A stretch of 64,000 nucleotides of DNA, taken from contig NMRA01000483.1 of the NCBI GenBank assembly GCA_002633005.1, positions 246,804 through 310,803 on the forward strand, read 5' to 3'. Within the stretch, counting starts at the first letter, position 1. The number at the start of each line of letters is the position of its first letter. The notes under the pieces are model-generated. The model saw only the letters and a program-made list of their open reading frames with translations, ran no database searches and was not told the origin of the DNA. The position numbers and the translations under genes were made by a program. This DNA comes from Phoronis australis (taxonomy: Eukaryota; Animalia; Phoronida). Positions 38,815 to 53,310 of the stretch are shown here, piece after piece.

Positions 38815-41734
38815 GATACTTTTATTTTAATCAACAATAAATAACATAATAATATAACAAAAATTCTTCTTTACATGGCAAGAGTCATTTTGAACGGATT
38901 TATATGTACTAAATAAGTACAGTGACCATGCACCAATTTGAGCATCTCATAAGGAAAGGTTACTGAACCTCATTACAAATGTACTAATTGTTCCATTTTA
39001 AGATTTGATGAGGGTTACTAGACCTTGCTTCAAATACTTAACCTCACATAATGCGACAGTAAACCTATACGAATTCTGTTGAAAAACAAGCTTTGATTAA
39101 GGTCACCTACATTTACAAAATTGGTCTTGGCTTGTTCCCTTGGACAGGAACAACTTACAGTTCATCCAAGCCCAGAGATCACTTGTATATTGAGTAATGA
39201 TCAAGTTATGACCAATTTCATTACAGTAAGTGGCCTAAATTAACATTTGTTTTTTGAAAAATCACGGTTTAATGCTGCATTTAAGGTCTGAGGCCTAAAT
39301 CAAAGTTCAGCATCCTGTTAAAAGACTGAAACATTTTTCAGTAAAGTCAAGACACAACACAGTTGAGCACTGTTTCATGTCAAAACACCTTTACCACAGT
39401 AGGATTAAGATTCACTACATGGGAAAGTGTGAATAAATTACATGAATAGGTCAATCTTTATATGGTGTAGCACAAGGTCCTGGGGCAAAAATCTTTACAG
39501 ACTTATATTCATTAGGTCACGTGATGTGGCCAACAGATGGCGTGCACACAATTTAAATGTTTGCAACAAATTACATAATTTTGACATAATTTGCTTAGAT
39601 ATAGTGATGAACAATCTGCTAAAATAGTCGCCTTTCTTGGATAACTGGCCCCACGAAATTTGGGGTATGCTAAGTCAGGTGGCAAAGGAATTTTATATAT
39701 TTTTAATCAAAGCTGTATGTCACACTATGTTTAGGCTAAAATACAAAAATCAAATTGGGCTTTTTACCGCCATGAAACCTGTCTCATAACATTCATTAGG
39801 ATTCTGTTTCTGTTACCAAAAAGAACACCGACTCAACAACACTCTTCAGAGTTTATTGAGGTTGGCCAACCCCAAATTGCACTTCAAAAAATGATACATA
39901 AACATATTGCCTGTGACTCGAGTTGGCAGTGAAAATAGAATTCTATCACGGTAGATAATAATTTTTTAGTAAAATGCCTAATTCTATTTTCACATTTTGC
40001 CATCTAAACAGAGCATAATCCACCTTTAATAATGACTACACACCCACTTACTTCATTGAAAGACCACCTTGCATTTTGTGTGATAATTGACCCAAACATC
40101 AACAAGACTCTACCCACACTGGCTACTAGTGGACAAAAGTAGTTTCACAGGGATTTAGATATCTCTTAGAAGTCATGTAGATGACTGGTGAGTGCGGTGA
40201 CAACAGACTACCCAGACGACACAAAAATGAAAAAAACATCTTATTGAACTTCCAACACACACTGCTCTTATCTGGAATTTCCAATGAATGACAGAAAGTT
40301 GCTTGGTTTTGCTTCAGTTAATGGATAATTACATCCGCTGTCTTTCCCAGGTTATATTCTCAGGAATAAAAACCTTGGAATGTAGTCCATCAATGAATGT
40401 TAATCTACTGATAAGACGAGTGTCATAAAAGTCTGCAAGCAGCAAGAGTTCTTTTATCGACTGTGCCAATGGAATGCTGCATTAAAAAATATAGTGGTAT
40501 TTCCTTTGTTTTATTGTCACCAATTTCACCTGAAGTTCTGGCTAATAAATGCATTGGTACAATTAAAAGACCAGCCGGCACAGTCAATCAAATCTTCACA
40601 CTGGTTCTCCCATACATGCAGATGGTTGGACACTGGCCTGATCGAGCCAAAAAGTTGCTTTACAGAAATTATGTTAGTCCACCTACAAAACATACAAAAC
40701 ATAGAGACTTTCAGTTTGGAAGATAAATAGCCATTGTAGTTCGCGTAATTGAAAATAATTGTGAGCCCTGGCCAACACTGTCAGTTGTATAGGAAGAATT
40801 ACATGTCTATGGAGGCTCATGCACCTATTGAGTGTTGTTTCATTCACATATTCTTCCAATGTTCTTGGCGAGCTTTTGAATGATCATTCGTGCTACGTTT
40901 GGTATCAGCGCGTGCAGCCGCAACAAGCTTTGATGGGTACATTGATTGTTATATAGACAGTTGTAGTCATCAGGTATAATTTTAAGAGCTAGCAAAAAAC
41001 ATTGAAGAACTCAGGGCAATCAGCACATTAAAATTGTGCACTTAGATTCTAACTTAATGCATACTAATAAATACTTACTGGTACTTAGAAACTTGCTATG
41101 TGTCTAATGCATAACAGATGATCAACTTTTTACACAATATCTCAGTCTGTGACCAAAACGAAACTCAATATCAGCAATTGGGGGTCTAGCTCAGCAGACC
41201 AATATAAAGGTAAGAAATATGGGTGAGACAAAATCAACCTTTGCCCACCCATGGTGGAAATTGCTTTTGCTAAAACCCCACACCTGTCACTAACAAGATT
41301 TCACCATTGATGTAGCAAGTCATTGAGAGTCACCTGCCCTCCACCTAGTACTTAAGTACTTCTTACTGCCCTATACATAGTGAAAGACAGATCACAACTG
41401 TAGACTTTCACATTTGGTTAAACAACAGTGCTGTCAGATGGTGTTTAGACGAAACACTGTTTACATAATACAATAGGCTATCAGACACAATCCAACGTGA
41501 AAATATTCAAATCGAAAAGGAGCACTACGGTGACCTGTGGGTCTTCCAGAGTAACCAGTGGGTCCTCTAAAGTGACACGTAGATTTGAGGTCATGTGGTC
41601 ATGTTTTTCCAACTTGATCTATGAGTGAGTGACTTAAGACCACCTTTGTCTAAAATGCTATGTCAAAATATGAGCAAACTTGTTTAAGACGCTGTTAAAA
41701 GAAACACACCTCGTAATAACAATCTATTACCGGT
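38815..41734 (-). other. Probable long 3' UTR of the Ig/Cys-rich gene
   Basis: Repeat-poor stretch, T-rich on the minus strand, downstream of the stop. It ends at a minus-strand AATAAA (plus-strand tttatt, ~38821). Confidence 0.4.
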
Positions 41735-44700
41735 TCAGAGTCTACAGCATAAGACACCAGATGTCACATTGGCCAGGTAGACACAGTTATGGTGATGCCT
41801 GGCTCGTCTAATCTCCATTATGACATTCCGCAGACACAATGACGATGTATCCGGATCCTGACGTGGACAATTTTTACCTATGCCAGCCATTGTGAATCCA
41901 CGTGACCTGCACTTTCCGCAGCCATACTGCGGTGAAATGTCCAGGGCAAAACAACCCTCAGTGAGGCTGCTTGTGATGGACCGAATGCGATCAACATCCC
42001 TGGAGATGCAGACACGCCAGCCTAAGGCACATAGTTTGTTTGCACGATGAATGTGGCCTTCCCATGATCCTCTGCAGCTACGGATGTCTGGCAGGCTGTG
42101 TAAGCCCTCAGAAGCGTTGTGCCTACATCCAGAATGCGCCCCTAAATAAAGCATAACATTACTTGATGAATAGGCAGTGAAGTGAACAGACTCTATAAAG
42201 TGAGAGTATAGCATCATTAGCTACAGACTGGGTGGCCAAGACATTGAAAACATAACAAGTAGAGCAACTTTAAAGAGCTACCTGCAAACTATTTTCTGTC
42301 TTGTGAATGTAATCTATTAAGACCATGCTAAAAATTGTTTAAAACGGATGTATAACATTGAATATATTAAACAGAATAGAATTCACACAATAAAATTATT
42401 TTTGCAATTGCCGCTAGCCATTCATCGCCATTCTATATACAATCACCACCAATGATATGGAACCATTAAAGCCACTATGAACCATGTCTATCCAACTTAA
42501 AAAGAAACTTTCAATTTAGGCTGCTTACCTAAGTTTGTATTGCTTTCACAATGTTACCTAGTACTCAGATTAAACGGAATTTACAAAGAAACAGATTAAC
42601 TGCAGTCACTATTTTCAGCTTTTTTCCTGGAAGCCAGAACAATAATCATTCTTACGTTTTACTGTAACCATGGTAAAAACCTCCAGCTCTCCTAGGTCAT
42701 TTCTTGCTCGGCATCTGTATAGACCAGAGTGACTCAATATTGCACTTTTTGTCATCAGTGAGCCTGAAAAGCAAAGCAATGAAGGCATTCGACCATCACA
42801 ACTACAGTTCAGATCCAATAGGCAATATATTTTTATTTATACAGATGTATTATTTTCCAAAATTTATCTGAAGGGTCACTGATTTATACTAAATTGCGTT
42901 TCATATACCTCTACTACTAAAAGTCACAACTTTTCAAAATCAATTCGAACACAATCATTTAAAAAGTGTCTTTTCAACTCCTTGAAGTTTACACAGCCTT
43001 TTTTGTGGATAAAAATAGTACACCACCATCAACCCTCAATGAAAGCTTCAGAAATCTTTATTTTGTACCATCAAATTCACAGACTTATACAGGAGTGGAA
43101 ACGATTCCATGGACATGCCTCTAAATTAGTTTCGATCCCCTAAAGCCAAGTCCTGGACCTACAAACACAATGCAGTATTGAAGTTTTGTCTGTGAATATT
43201 TTCAGTATGAGGGTGTGCGGTTCAGGGCCGGGGTACGGAATTCTACTTCAGCTTTGGTGTTTGTTGGAGCAGGACCGGATTTAAGGGATAGTAGTTGGAA
43301 TTTGGTGCACTGTCATTGAATTGTTTGCACTCACTGAAATAAATTAAGGGTTATTTTATAAAATAAAGAGACCGAATTTAAAAGTATTAAGCAAACTTTA
43401 TCAAGTCTCTAGTTGTTCTGCCAATCTCTCTCGCAGTCCAACTTCAAAAGACTAACAGTATATGATTTCTGAAATCTTGGAAGTTTTGAAAATGGTTTCA
43501 TTCATTTGGTTAGGTCCTGGAGAGATGCTTCGGTTTTGTCCAGACTGAACAAAGTACCCGGTGTTGCACAGGAGAACAATAAAAATCTTTTGACAGCCTT
43601 CCAGCCATATGATCACCAGGTCTAGAAAACCAGCTTTGGCATCTCAAGTGATGAGTATGCCACCTGAGAGTGGAGGCCCACTTGTTTACATGCCAAGTTT
43701 TAACACAAGAACGTACAATTTGCACTGTTAACACATGGGATACACGTAAGTTTACTTGAGATTATTTAAAAATCTCCAAGAAAAGTCAGACAAACACAGT
43801 CTTGACTCATGAATGAGACATTTTAATATTAATACTATTAATTACTACAATCTATATCACAACCATCATGGGAGCTTAAGTTATGTTGAAAACTACGAAA
43901 TATGACCGAGGACAAGGTCTCATGAATGAGGCCCCTATATACATCCTCACCAGCATCATCTACACTCCATTCACTATCAGGCTGGTCAATAGCTTCATCA
44001 TTTCTGTACCATGTGATGAGCGGACGAGGGTGACCTCTGACAGGGCATCGTACTGTTATGGGTTGTCCAACTGTCACCATGATCTTCATCTGGTGGCTAC
44101 CATGACGTCGAGGTTGAAAGCCTGGATGTTAGCAAACTACATGCATTAGGTAGACAGGCAGATAACTACATTTACCTACACAGAACAAGAAAATGTTCCA
44201 AACCATATCACCCACTTCCAAACAAATTTTGAGGATATGCTTCACACAGGGTGCAATCACTAAAAACCCACTAAAATTATTAAAAGTAGGTGAATTGTTA
44301 TGGAACCCAGGATAGGGTGCACACCCATAGTTTTATGACACTTTAAAATTATGATATGATATGTTAGGGCAGGTATTCACCAAAACAGAGTTATTCAAGA
44401 TGACGTGTGAAAAAAATATGACCAACAAAAGGTTTTGGTTGATATACCAGCTTGGACCTAGTCCTGTATCTAGCATTTCCCACTAAGATCATGAATCGAT
44501 TCAAGTCAATTAAACCTCTACAATGGACAGTTTAAAGACAATTGCATCAATCACAATTGACCTTGTATTTCTTCAAAAACAAGAAAAAAATGCAAATAAT
44601 TACTTTCATTTAGGATTTGTTAAAACTGTCGTACTGTCGTCTGATAATGTCATTAAAGTGCAGTTATCACCCACCATAAACTAGGTCAAAAACAGGTAAG

Positions 44701-47700
44701 TGCCCAACTCCCCCTTCAACGCATTTGGCAGTGAATAGGGTAACTCGTCAAAAGGTGCCTGCAAAGTGTAATTCCCCTTTAAGAGCCTTGTAGAGCCTCC
44801 TTTGGGCATTCTGTTTCCAAAATGGCTGAAAGAAGGGTGTGTGTTTCATTTTGACATGCTCTGGAGCTGAACTATATTTGTAAGTACAATAACCGTTGAT
44901 ATTTTAACTAGTGTAATTTCTTTATGTGGTTTCCTAGTTCAGTTCTATCTAGTTTATAGTTCCCTAAGTTTTTGCATAATGTTTTAGTTTATAGTTACAT
45001 GCAACCAGCTAGTTTGTTTGCTTGCCACTAGATGTAGTTGTTATTTGGGTCATGTTTGTATACATATCATGTTTTAATTTTTGTTTTCCAACTTATCAAC
45101 ACTCTTTGTATTACTTTCTATAGGGACCACTTCTACGGCGATGTTTAAGTGTGTTCGAAGTACGAGAAAGCTATAGAATAAAGTTTTGAAGTAAACACAC
45201 GCCTTTGGCAGTGAATGGGTAAGTTACAGTAAAGCATGTTTGGCAGTAGGTGCGTGAGTCATCGAAAGGCGTGTTTTGCCAAGGGAACAATACTTCAAAG
45301 ATCTGGTTAAAAATCAGTTGCCTGTCCATAAATCTTGATTAACTCCCTTGACTGAGCACTCTACCTATAAAACTGTAAATTTCTTAAAATTTTGATTACT
45401 GAAGACGAGTGGCACTAACTAAAAACTGTTGATTAAACAATTAACACCATACAGACAAGCCACACGAGAACATACACATTCCATGATTCTAGTATTTAAT
45501 ACATTTTATAATCGTATTCACATAGAAAGAGTTAAATTGCTGCTGTTGACATGGGTAAAACATTACTTTACGACTAGTTTGCTTGAGCTGTTAATGACCT
45601 TAATTAAGGAACCAGAGCTAGTTGACAATGAGCAAAATAAGTTAACGAGCCAGTCATTAACTAATTGATGTAGTTCCAATTAAGCTAAAATGTTTTCAAA
45701 GTACTCAGAATTTCTGCATTGATCCACTCAGCTTTAATAGATCTTTCTCAATGACATTGAGGTGCTGAATGCGACGATTTCCCCTTCAGCTGCCTGTATG
45801 AACCTTTATATACTTTTTGGTACAAAGTTTGAGACTGAAATTGGTTCTGCTTATAGCTACTGCTGTATAACAAATTATGATTTTGGAAAATTTTGTGTTC
45901 ATGCATGCATATGCAAAACTATCGAGATTACAGCCCATTGAATCATGGGATGTTTTCAGTATGTATAGACAATGTACAGCCTAAAACTTCTGTTGCTACC
46001 TGTTGTCCTACAGCACACAACCCCAGATGTGAGGTTGGGTCTGTACGTACAAGCCTTGCCAAAGTGGCTGTCCACACAGCAACTGGCTGAAATTTGACCT
46101 CCACTGATGCATGACCTTTGACCCAACAGCTGATGGGGGCATCCCCGACCCACACCAGCTAGATCATCCTACAAAACGGAATACACAAACAAATAACACC
46201 TCCACTGCCTAGGGGTGATGATCAAAGATACAATGCAGCCTGGATCACAACCAAAAGCGTATTATTTGAGATTTTAAGTGTTGTGAATTTACCAGTAAGT
46301 TCGTTCAGAGCCGAAAATGCGTCATATTTAACAAAATTTGCCTCAAGTAACGAATGCTACCAAAATGTAACAAAACAAGATTCCCGTAACTGAGTAATGA
46401 CAACAAATTTTGGCACAATTTACTGTAAAGAAGACTTTGTAGTTAATTTGTTGTCTATGGTGACAATGTGGTGTGAACGGAACACCTTGGTGCTAATTCT
46501 GGCTGTAAGAAACTGCTTTCATATTGTTTTTCTTAATTAAGTTTGAAGTTGGCCATTTTAGAACACTGAAAAAGCACTCAATATTACCTTTAAATGAAGT
46601 TATTGAAACAATTTTTGACCCAATTATTTAGAATTCACAAAAGGAAACCAGTATGTAAACTACAGCCACAGCCATACTTTTATAAATTTTAAAGTAAACA
46701 CCTGAGGCAATAACTTCATTGAGACTTCATCCAGAATTTCAAAAATAGGGAAACTAAAATGGGTTTCCCAATTTTTCAGGGCATTCATGACCAATGAAGT
46801 GTGACTGTTTCTTTATGGTAATGGTCGGATAAAGCGTGCCCGTATTTTGAGAACCAATTTTCTCCACTGAATAAGGAGCATCAAACTGGTTCTCAACATA
46901 TGGGCATGCTATATCAAATTCCATGACCACAAGACAATCTAGTTGCTGTTACAGTGTGATATATTACCATAAAGGCATAGGTCTGCAGTAACAGTCATTA
47001 CATCTTACTTCATATCTTAATGTTATGTAGGACCATATTGAGATATGCAAATTCAAAGTGAATTATCAGAAAACCAAGGCTGTGTCAACTAATAAAAGTA
47101 TATATTTTCTGAAATAAAAATCAGGGGTTACAAAAATACAAGTTATATTTATGTGTCATTGTTATTACAACGTGGCCACCTTTTTAAGTGAAATTTTCAT
47201 TTTTAACAAACTTAAAGGTACATTCATAACAAAACAACCCCTGAGTGAATATTAAAAGAAATCCGAGTCGTATTCGAGAACTGAGTGTTCCTAAGTTCAA
47301 ATGAAGTTGATTGCCAAACCCAAGAAAAAGCCGAAAACGTTGCGAGTTGTCAAAATCTCAAGGTTTTCACTTAATTATTCACTGAAAACTTGCTTTCAGT
47401 CAATATAACCTAAAAACCCTTTTTTATATTCATTATATTAACACTCAGATGCAATGTCAATTGAATTTACAGTGTAATCAACTTAATTATCTCTGAAATG
47501 TTTTAATTTTGTCAGTCGCATTTCAGTGCCTCCAGTGACACTAGGTCAGATATGGGGTAAACAGTTAGTAAGTCAACAGTTCATTGTGGTACACAACATA
47601 TGAAGTATGCACTGGTGAGACTGATATCAACAAACAACAAAAATGGACAATAGAAATCGAGCCTGTGGTTAAAGTGCACTGTGAGCAAGATTGAAACACT

Positions 47701-50700
47701 GAACTGTCATATTATCCGTGAAATTAATGAATTTGGGAGAGGGTTTATCTTTTTTAACAACTTGCAGCGTACGTGAACACACAGTGCCTGATGCCTTGCA
47801 GCGACTCAGTGCATTCATTGTATGATTATGCTATCAACTTTACAATGAACTTTATATGCAAGCACACACAACTCCCTCAGGATCCCTTTCCACATCATTT
47901 TTCTAGGCTATGTTCACCTCGTAGACTCAATATTATGCTGAATCAGTTAATGGAAGGACCGTGGGTACAAACAGAACTGCTCTATGCCTGGTGGGAAATT
48001 CGACTTGAGTGACAGCCTGTCATTGACAGGTCTCTAACCTTTGAACTTAGATAACAAGTAAACAAATTCCCATACGGATTAGGTAGGTCTAGGAAATCGT
48101 TTTTTCTACCATGAACAGGCAAGATGTTGATTTTAAAGTTTAGTTAACTAAAAATGAAGGTCAAAGATTCATCCACGTGGGTAAAGTTTTCAATATTGCA
48201 AACAAAAATGAAAGTAAGGTCCAACATATCCTTAATACTAATTCTTTATTCTGGACAAGGGCAATGAGCTCCCAGTTCTGTTGTTCACAAATTTTAACTT
48301 TTAATCATGGTTACTTCACTTGGGCATCCAAACACTGAACACCGTATTCAAGCACTGAAAAGAGCGTCGTAACTAGGGTGTCAAAATTTGAGTCATTGTG
48401 TCCAACTAACTGCCCACTAGAAAAAAGCCCCATCATTCTCCAAAATATTCTCCTGAAAAACTTACAGCCTGGACGTCTTCGACACATGGTCTGCACGTAG
48501 CGCCATCTTGTGCAGCATTATATGCGTAACAGCCAGCAATGTTCATAGCATCTTTCCACATGATGTTCTTCAAGATTTCTCTATCTTTCCAGCTACAAAT
48601 GTGCCAGCCTAAGACAAACATCGTCTCATTAGCAAACTATTGTACACAGACAACAGGGCTTGGAATGACCAATGACAAAAAACGCGGATACTTTGAAACT
48701 TTTACTGCCCAAATCATGCCCGATAACCAGCCTTTCCCCGACAAAAATCGGGAGGACTAAAAAAAAAAAATGTTACCACCATCAGTAGCATGCATCGGCG
48801 TCCTTTTAGCTCGCTCGTCCACTCTCAACCCACACATTTTTGGCTGCAGAGCGGTAGTATTTGTCGCCGCGCTTAACAATAACACGAGACACCACTGAAA
48901 ATCCCACCACGCTGTCCCAGATGCCCCGGCAATGTTGACAATTTACGTTCCTCCGAAACATAAAGAGCAACTACAGCTTTTCGAGGTGAACGTCGTCTGC
49001 AACGCCGCGGTAAGAAAGGAATTTGCCGAGAAAATTTTATATCAAATCCGATTTTTTTACGCGGATATATTATAAAAAAAGCGGAAAGAACATTTGAAAA
49101 AAGCGGAAATCCGTGTTTCCGCGGAAAATTCCAAGCCCTGAGACACACTTCAGGTAGCATATTGAATTTAGAGTAAACAAACTCTTTAAAGTGCATATTT
49201 TTGTTGTCAGTGTGTCACTGAAGTCATTTTAAATTAGTACTTTATGGCTGTATTCACCCATAAGCTTGCTAAATGTCCATCAAAACATTTGTGAACGACA
49301 TGAAAACCAAAGTCAGGTTTGTATGATGAGGTCACTGTGAAGATTCTACAACTTCATGTAAAAATAAATATCCCGATTGATAGTTTTCCATTTTTTGAAG
49401 GAATGAGCACAGAAAGTGACTACATCACAACCCAAGCAACTATTCCACACTGGAAAAAAACAATATGACGGATGCCCATTCACTTAAACTAACACATCAA
49501 TTCAAAGCCAGTGAATTCAACAAGAATTAGTTTTCAACATTTGAACCTTTGCAGCAGCATCACAATGAACCAAACAGATCATCATTTATTACCCACATAT
49601 TTACCAGGGCTTGGAATGGCCAATGACAAAAAAGGAAAATTTTGTATCTTTCCACAAATAAATAGGCTTGCGTGACAGAAATATTTTTCGTGTTGTAAAA
49701 TTTAACCGAAGCAAACGTTTTTGCATGAATTAAGTCAAAATTATGATAAAAAAGCAACAAAAAGAGGAAACTGGAAATCAAATCAGAGGAAATCAAAACC
49801 AAAAAAGAAGAGATCCTCTTAAAAGAGGAAAATTCCAAGCCCTGCTTTACTAAAAAAAATTAAAAACTGCTTAACTCTTGACCCAATGCAATTTCCTGTA
49901 AGGTGTATCAAGAATTAGAACCAAGATGGTCTAAACTCCTAGACTACCCCAGTACAGTGATATCATGCTATCTGCCTCCATGTGACGTTGAAGCAAATGC
50001 TTAAAATCTTATCAAGTGGCACTTTAAGACAGCAGATAATTTAAAAATTGAGAGACAAAACATTCTTAACATACAGTTTTGCTGAAAAATTTGACATGTT
50101 GTGTTGTAAGTTGCAGAAATTTTCTATTGTAGACATGCCAAGATAAATGCATAACAATAATTGGTAAACCAACTCTGAATCCAAAGAAGGTTGGAAGCTC
50201 ATGTAAATTGAAAGCGTAGAATTTAGTGTCATACACTTCACACTTGAATTATTTATAAATATTAACCTACACGTGTTGAAATGAGGATCGCGTGAAGACA
50301 TTTATCTGCAGAAATGATATGGCAAATATAACTGCACGGAAATCAAGCACTATAAATGAACTTATTCAATCGAGAGATTTGACATTTTACTATTCAGTTG
50401 TCACTCCACCATTTGCATTTTACAAATACTGTTGTACTCAATACAAAGGCATTCGGGTCACTCACTACTAATTAAAATATGACGTCATTAGGCCAAAATA
50501 AGATGGCCGAGTGTGATTCATAGTTGTCTACAAAGAGGTAGAAAAAAGATAATATAACCAAAGTACCTAAGGAAATTCGATTTTGTTAGTACTGGCAAAT
50601 AAGTATCTTGTCCCTATCAGTATACTGGTAATTTCTTACATTTACCGCATGTCCATTTCACAGAATCTGAGAAAAAAATTTAATTTTCAATGGACCTTGA

Positions 50701-51022
50701 GTTCTGTTCTAGCTGGTGTATTGGGTAGTATAACAAATGGTGATAAGTACAAGTACCCGTAATCCGTGATGGACAGGAGTTTTCTCCCACACTTTCAAGT
50801 GGAAGGGGTCTGAAAAAGGCGTAAACTTGTAAACTATATACCTGAAGAACACAGATGTCCGCTCTCTTGGATGTGTCCAGCCCAGTAACCTGGGCAACCA
50901 TGGACTGAATCATTGACCAATTGAAACGCAGGACTGGATTTAGCACATCCAGAAGAGAACAACTGATAGGCTGCCAGACAGGAGCATTGGAGCAGGACAC
51001 CGAGCAGGAAGCATTGCTTCAT
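41735..51022 (-). CDS. Secreted protein: signal peptide, Cys-rich module, I-set Ig domain, second Cys-rich module (~392 aa, six coding exons)
   Basis: Exons 51022-50842, 48608-48466, 46168-46000, 44121-43951, 42763-42656 and 42141-41735, all GT-AG with phases 1,0,1,1,1; 1179 nt open to TGA. Signal peptide MKQCFLLGVLLQCSCLA. Ig signature VTVGQPITVRCPVRGHPRPLITWYRN...HSGLYRCRARNDLG. Confidence 0.9.
46828..46915. repeat. Imperfect ~88-nt hairpin in an intron
   Basis: gataaagcgtgcccgtattttgagaaccaattt pairs with aaactggttctcaacatatgggcatgctatatc. Confidence 0.7.
48654..49140. mobile_element. hAT-like MITE
   Basis: TIR cagggcttggaat / attccaagccctg; gcggaaa subterminal repeats; TSD degenerate. 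Confidence 0.75.
49605..49844. mobile_element. Shorter hAT-like MITE with the same termini
   Basis: cagggcttggaatggccaatgacaaaa ... aattccaagccctg. Confidence 0.75.
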
Positions 51023-53310
51023 TCTACTTAATCAACGGTCGTCATGGCAACAGGACCTACAATAATATTTAACATAATTATTGGATATTTCAAACATCTT
51101 GAAAAATAATAAAGGAAATGTTCAAATTCCAGTTGAAAGATAACTCATACATTTAAAGTACCATACTTGTTCAGGTTACCACCTGAGGCCCTTGTTGACA
51201 CAGGAATCTCTAAAATCAGGGGTTAGTGTTATGCTGAACACTGATGCTTAAAAAAAAAATTTGAGAAGGGTCTAGTGGACACTTACCGAAGCAGTTGATC
51301 GGATAAATGAAATGATCAGGGCGCTACATGTTGAGCTCAGACTTCACATCAACAGTATATTACATAGAATCAACTAGTTACCTACAGAGATGGCATCACG
51401 AAAACATGCTACTCCATGGTAAGGGAGTGCATTTTCAGGAGCTAGATTTCTGATGAAACAGTCGCAAAGACACAGCCACTTTTAAGCCTTGATCTTATAA
51501 TTTGGGGACGGGTGCTTAAAAGTGAAAATTTTGTTAAGAGGTAGTGCAGCAAGCCAAGCATGGATGTTACCCGACTGAGTATGGTTAAGTTATAAAAGAC
51601 GCTAGAAATATAGACTTACAAATTTCTTGTTTTACATCCTGCAGGTACCACTGCATGTTCATGATATGGGTTAATTTTAGAGGGTGTACGTAACCCCTTA
51701 ATTACTATTGCAACAACTGCTTACATACCTGAATTAGTAATAGCCTGTTTTTATTTTTTCAGTAGGGAAAAAACTTATGTTAGCCAATTTTGACCAGTTT
51801 CTCAGATATCAGTGGTCAAAATTTAAGTTAAGAATAAAACTACAACTTTACTGGTATATGCTTGCCCTACAGATAAGTTGGAACTAAGATTCAAACCAAC
51901 AAAGGCATATGAAAGTACACAAGTTGTACACCAGGATTAAACACACAACATATAGTCCCAGTTGTATATGACAAAAATGAAACATCAAGGATAAAAGCAA
52001 AATTCACTCCCTGGTCTTCCAGGATAACACCATTGTAGCAGATTATAAGACACAATTTCAATTTTGACACAACAAAATCACATATGGTTGGCACAAAGAA
52101 GTCTTCATTATTCAAACTTTAGTTCTCAGTATCTGCACCATTTACGGTTATGTAAGACCCTAGAACATGTCCAAATTTAGCTAAATTGGGAACATCATAT
52201 CTCACAAATGGCTTTATATGAAACTTTCAGAATGCTGTAAGCACTATTCTCCAAAACTCTGTTAGGATTTGTTTTTAAAATGTTCCGCTTATATAAGAAG
52301 GCTTGAAGGCTTTTCAAAAAAATATAAAAGTTATGAGATTTCAACATTTATATTTCTAACAAAATTTGGTCATGCTTATAGATTGTTGCCACAGTTTTTC
52401 TGTTGGCTCCTTGTTACTAAATTTTACTGAAAAGACATGGCCATGAAACCCAGAAAATGTTTACATTTACCAACTTACAATCTATATAGTTTCTTTGATA
52501 TTTGGCTAAGTACACAAACTTGTAGATTAAGTTCCTACAGTACAGGAACACATAACAGATTTAGAGAGGACTATGCAACAACTAAAACCCCTGAGCAAGC
52601 ATTTCCAACAGCAGGAAAGCAACCATCTTGTTAACCTACCCAACTTATTCCCTTGTAATCCTCACACTGTACTGATTAACTGGAGCCTTTCTTGTTGCTT
52701 TTAAATAAACCAATTTCATCTTCCTTTGTGACAACTGATACAGCCACTACAAGCCAACAAAACCTTTAGAAACAACAAACAGTGACTGGACAAAAGGCCA
52801 ACACAAATAATCACAAACTTAACCCACATCAAAGTGCCCAGGACAGTTATCTGTTTAATCAGAGGGTGAGAGGGAGAGAGAGAGGGCTATTGTTAGAAAC
52901 CAGTTTGTGTGAATCAAGCTTACTATGGTTGTACATGTACTAACTTTGATCAACTCACTGTTGACAGTTGAAGGAATACTGAGCCTCATTACATATAATG
53001 AGCTCAAACTTACTAAATCTGGCTGTAACTCCTTCTATAGTGTTGACTGTAATGTAAGTAATCTTTGCCATTCACACTGACAGTATGTGTAACCTCAGTT
53101 CCCTGTTTTAGTTGCTGGTACTCAATGCTATTGCTTTTAGGTTCACCCCACTCTGTGCTTCACTGCGCCTGTTTACAACAAGATTTTACAGCAAGGCCAC
53201 AAACAGTTCATAAATTTTGCAACTGCTAAGCTATATCGAATTGCAATGGTTATAACTTCTTGGTAAACCACCCTCACAAGAGGTTACAACTGCCCTACTA
53301 TTACAGTTTC

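Noticed and set aside
45670-45793. Extra exon of the Ig gene
   Set aside because: Stops occur in all three frames after the acceptor, and the flanking exons already join in phase.
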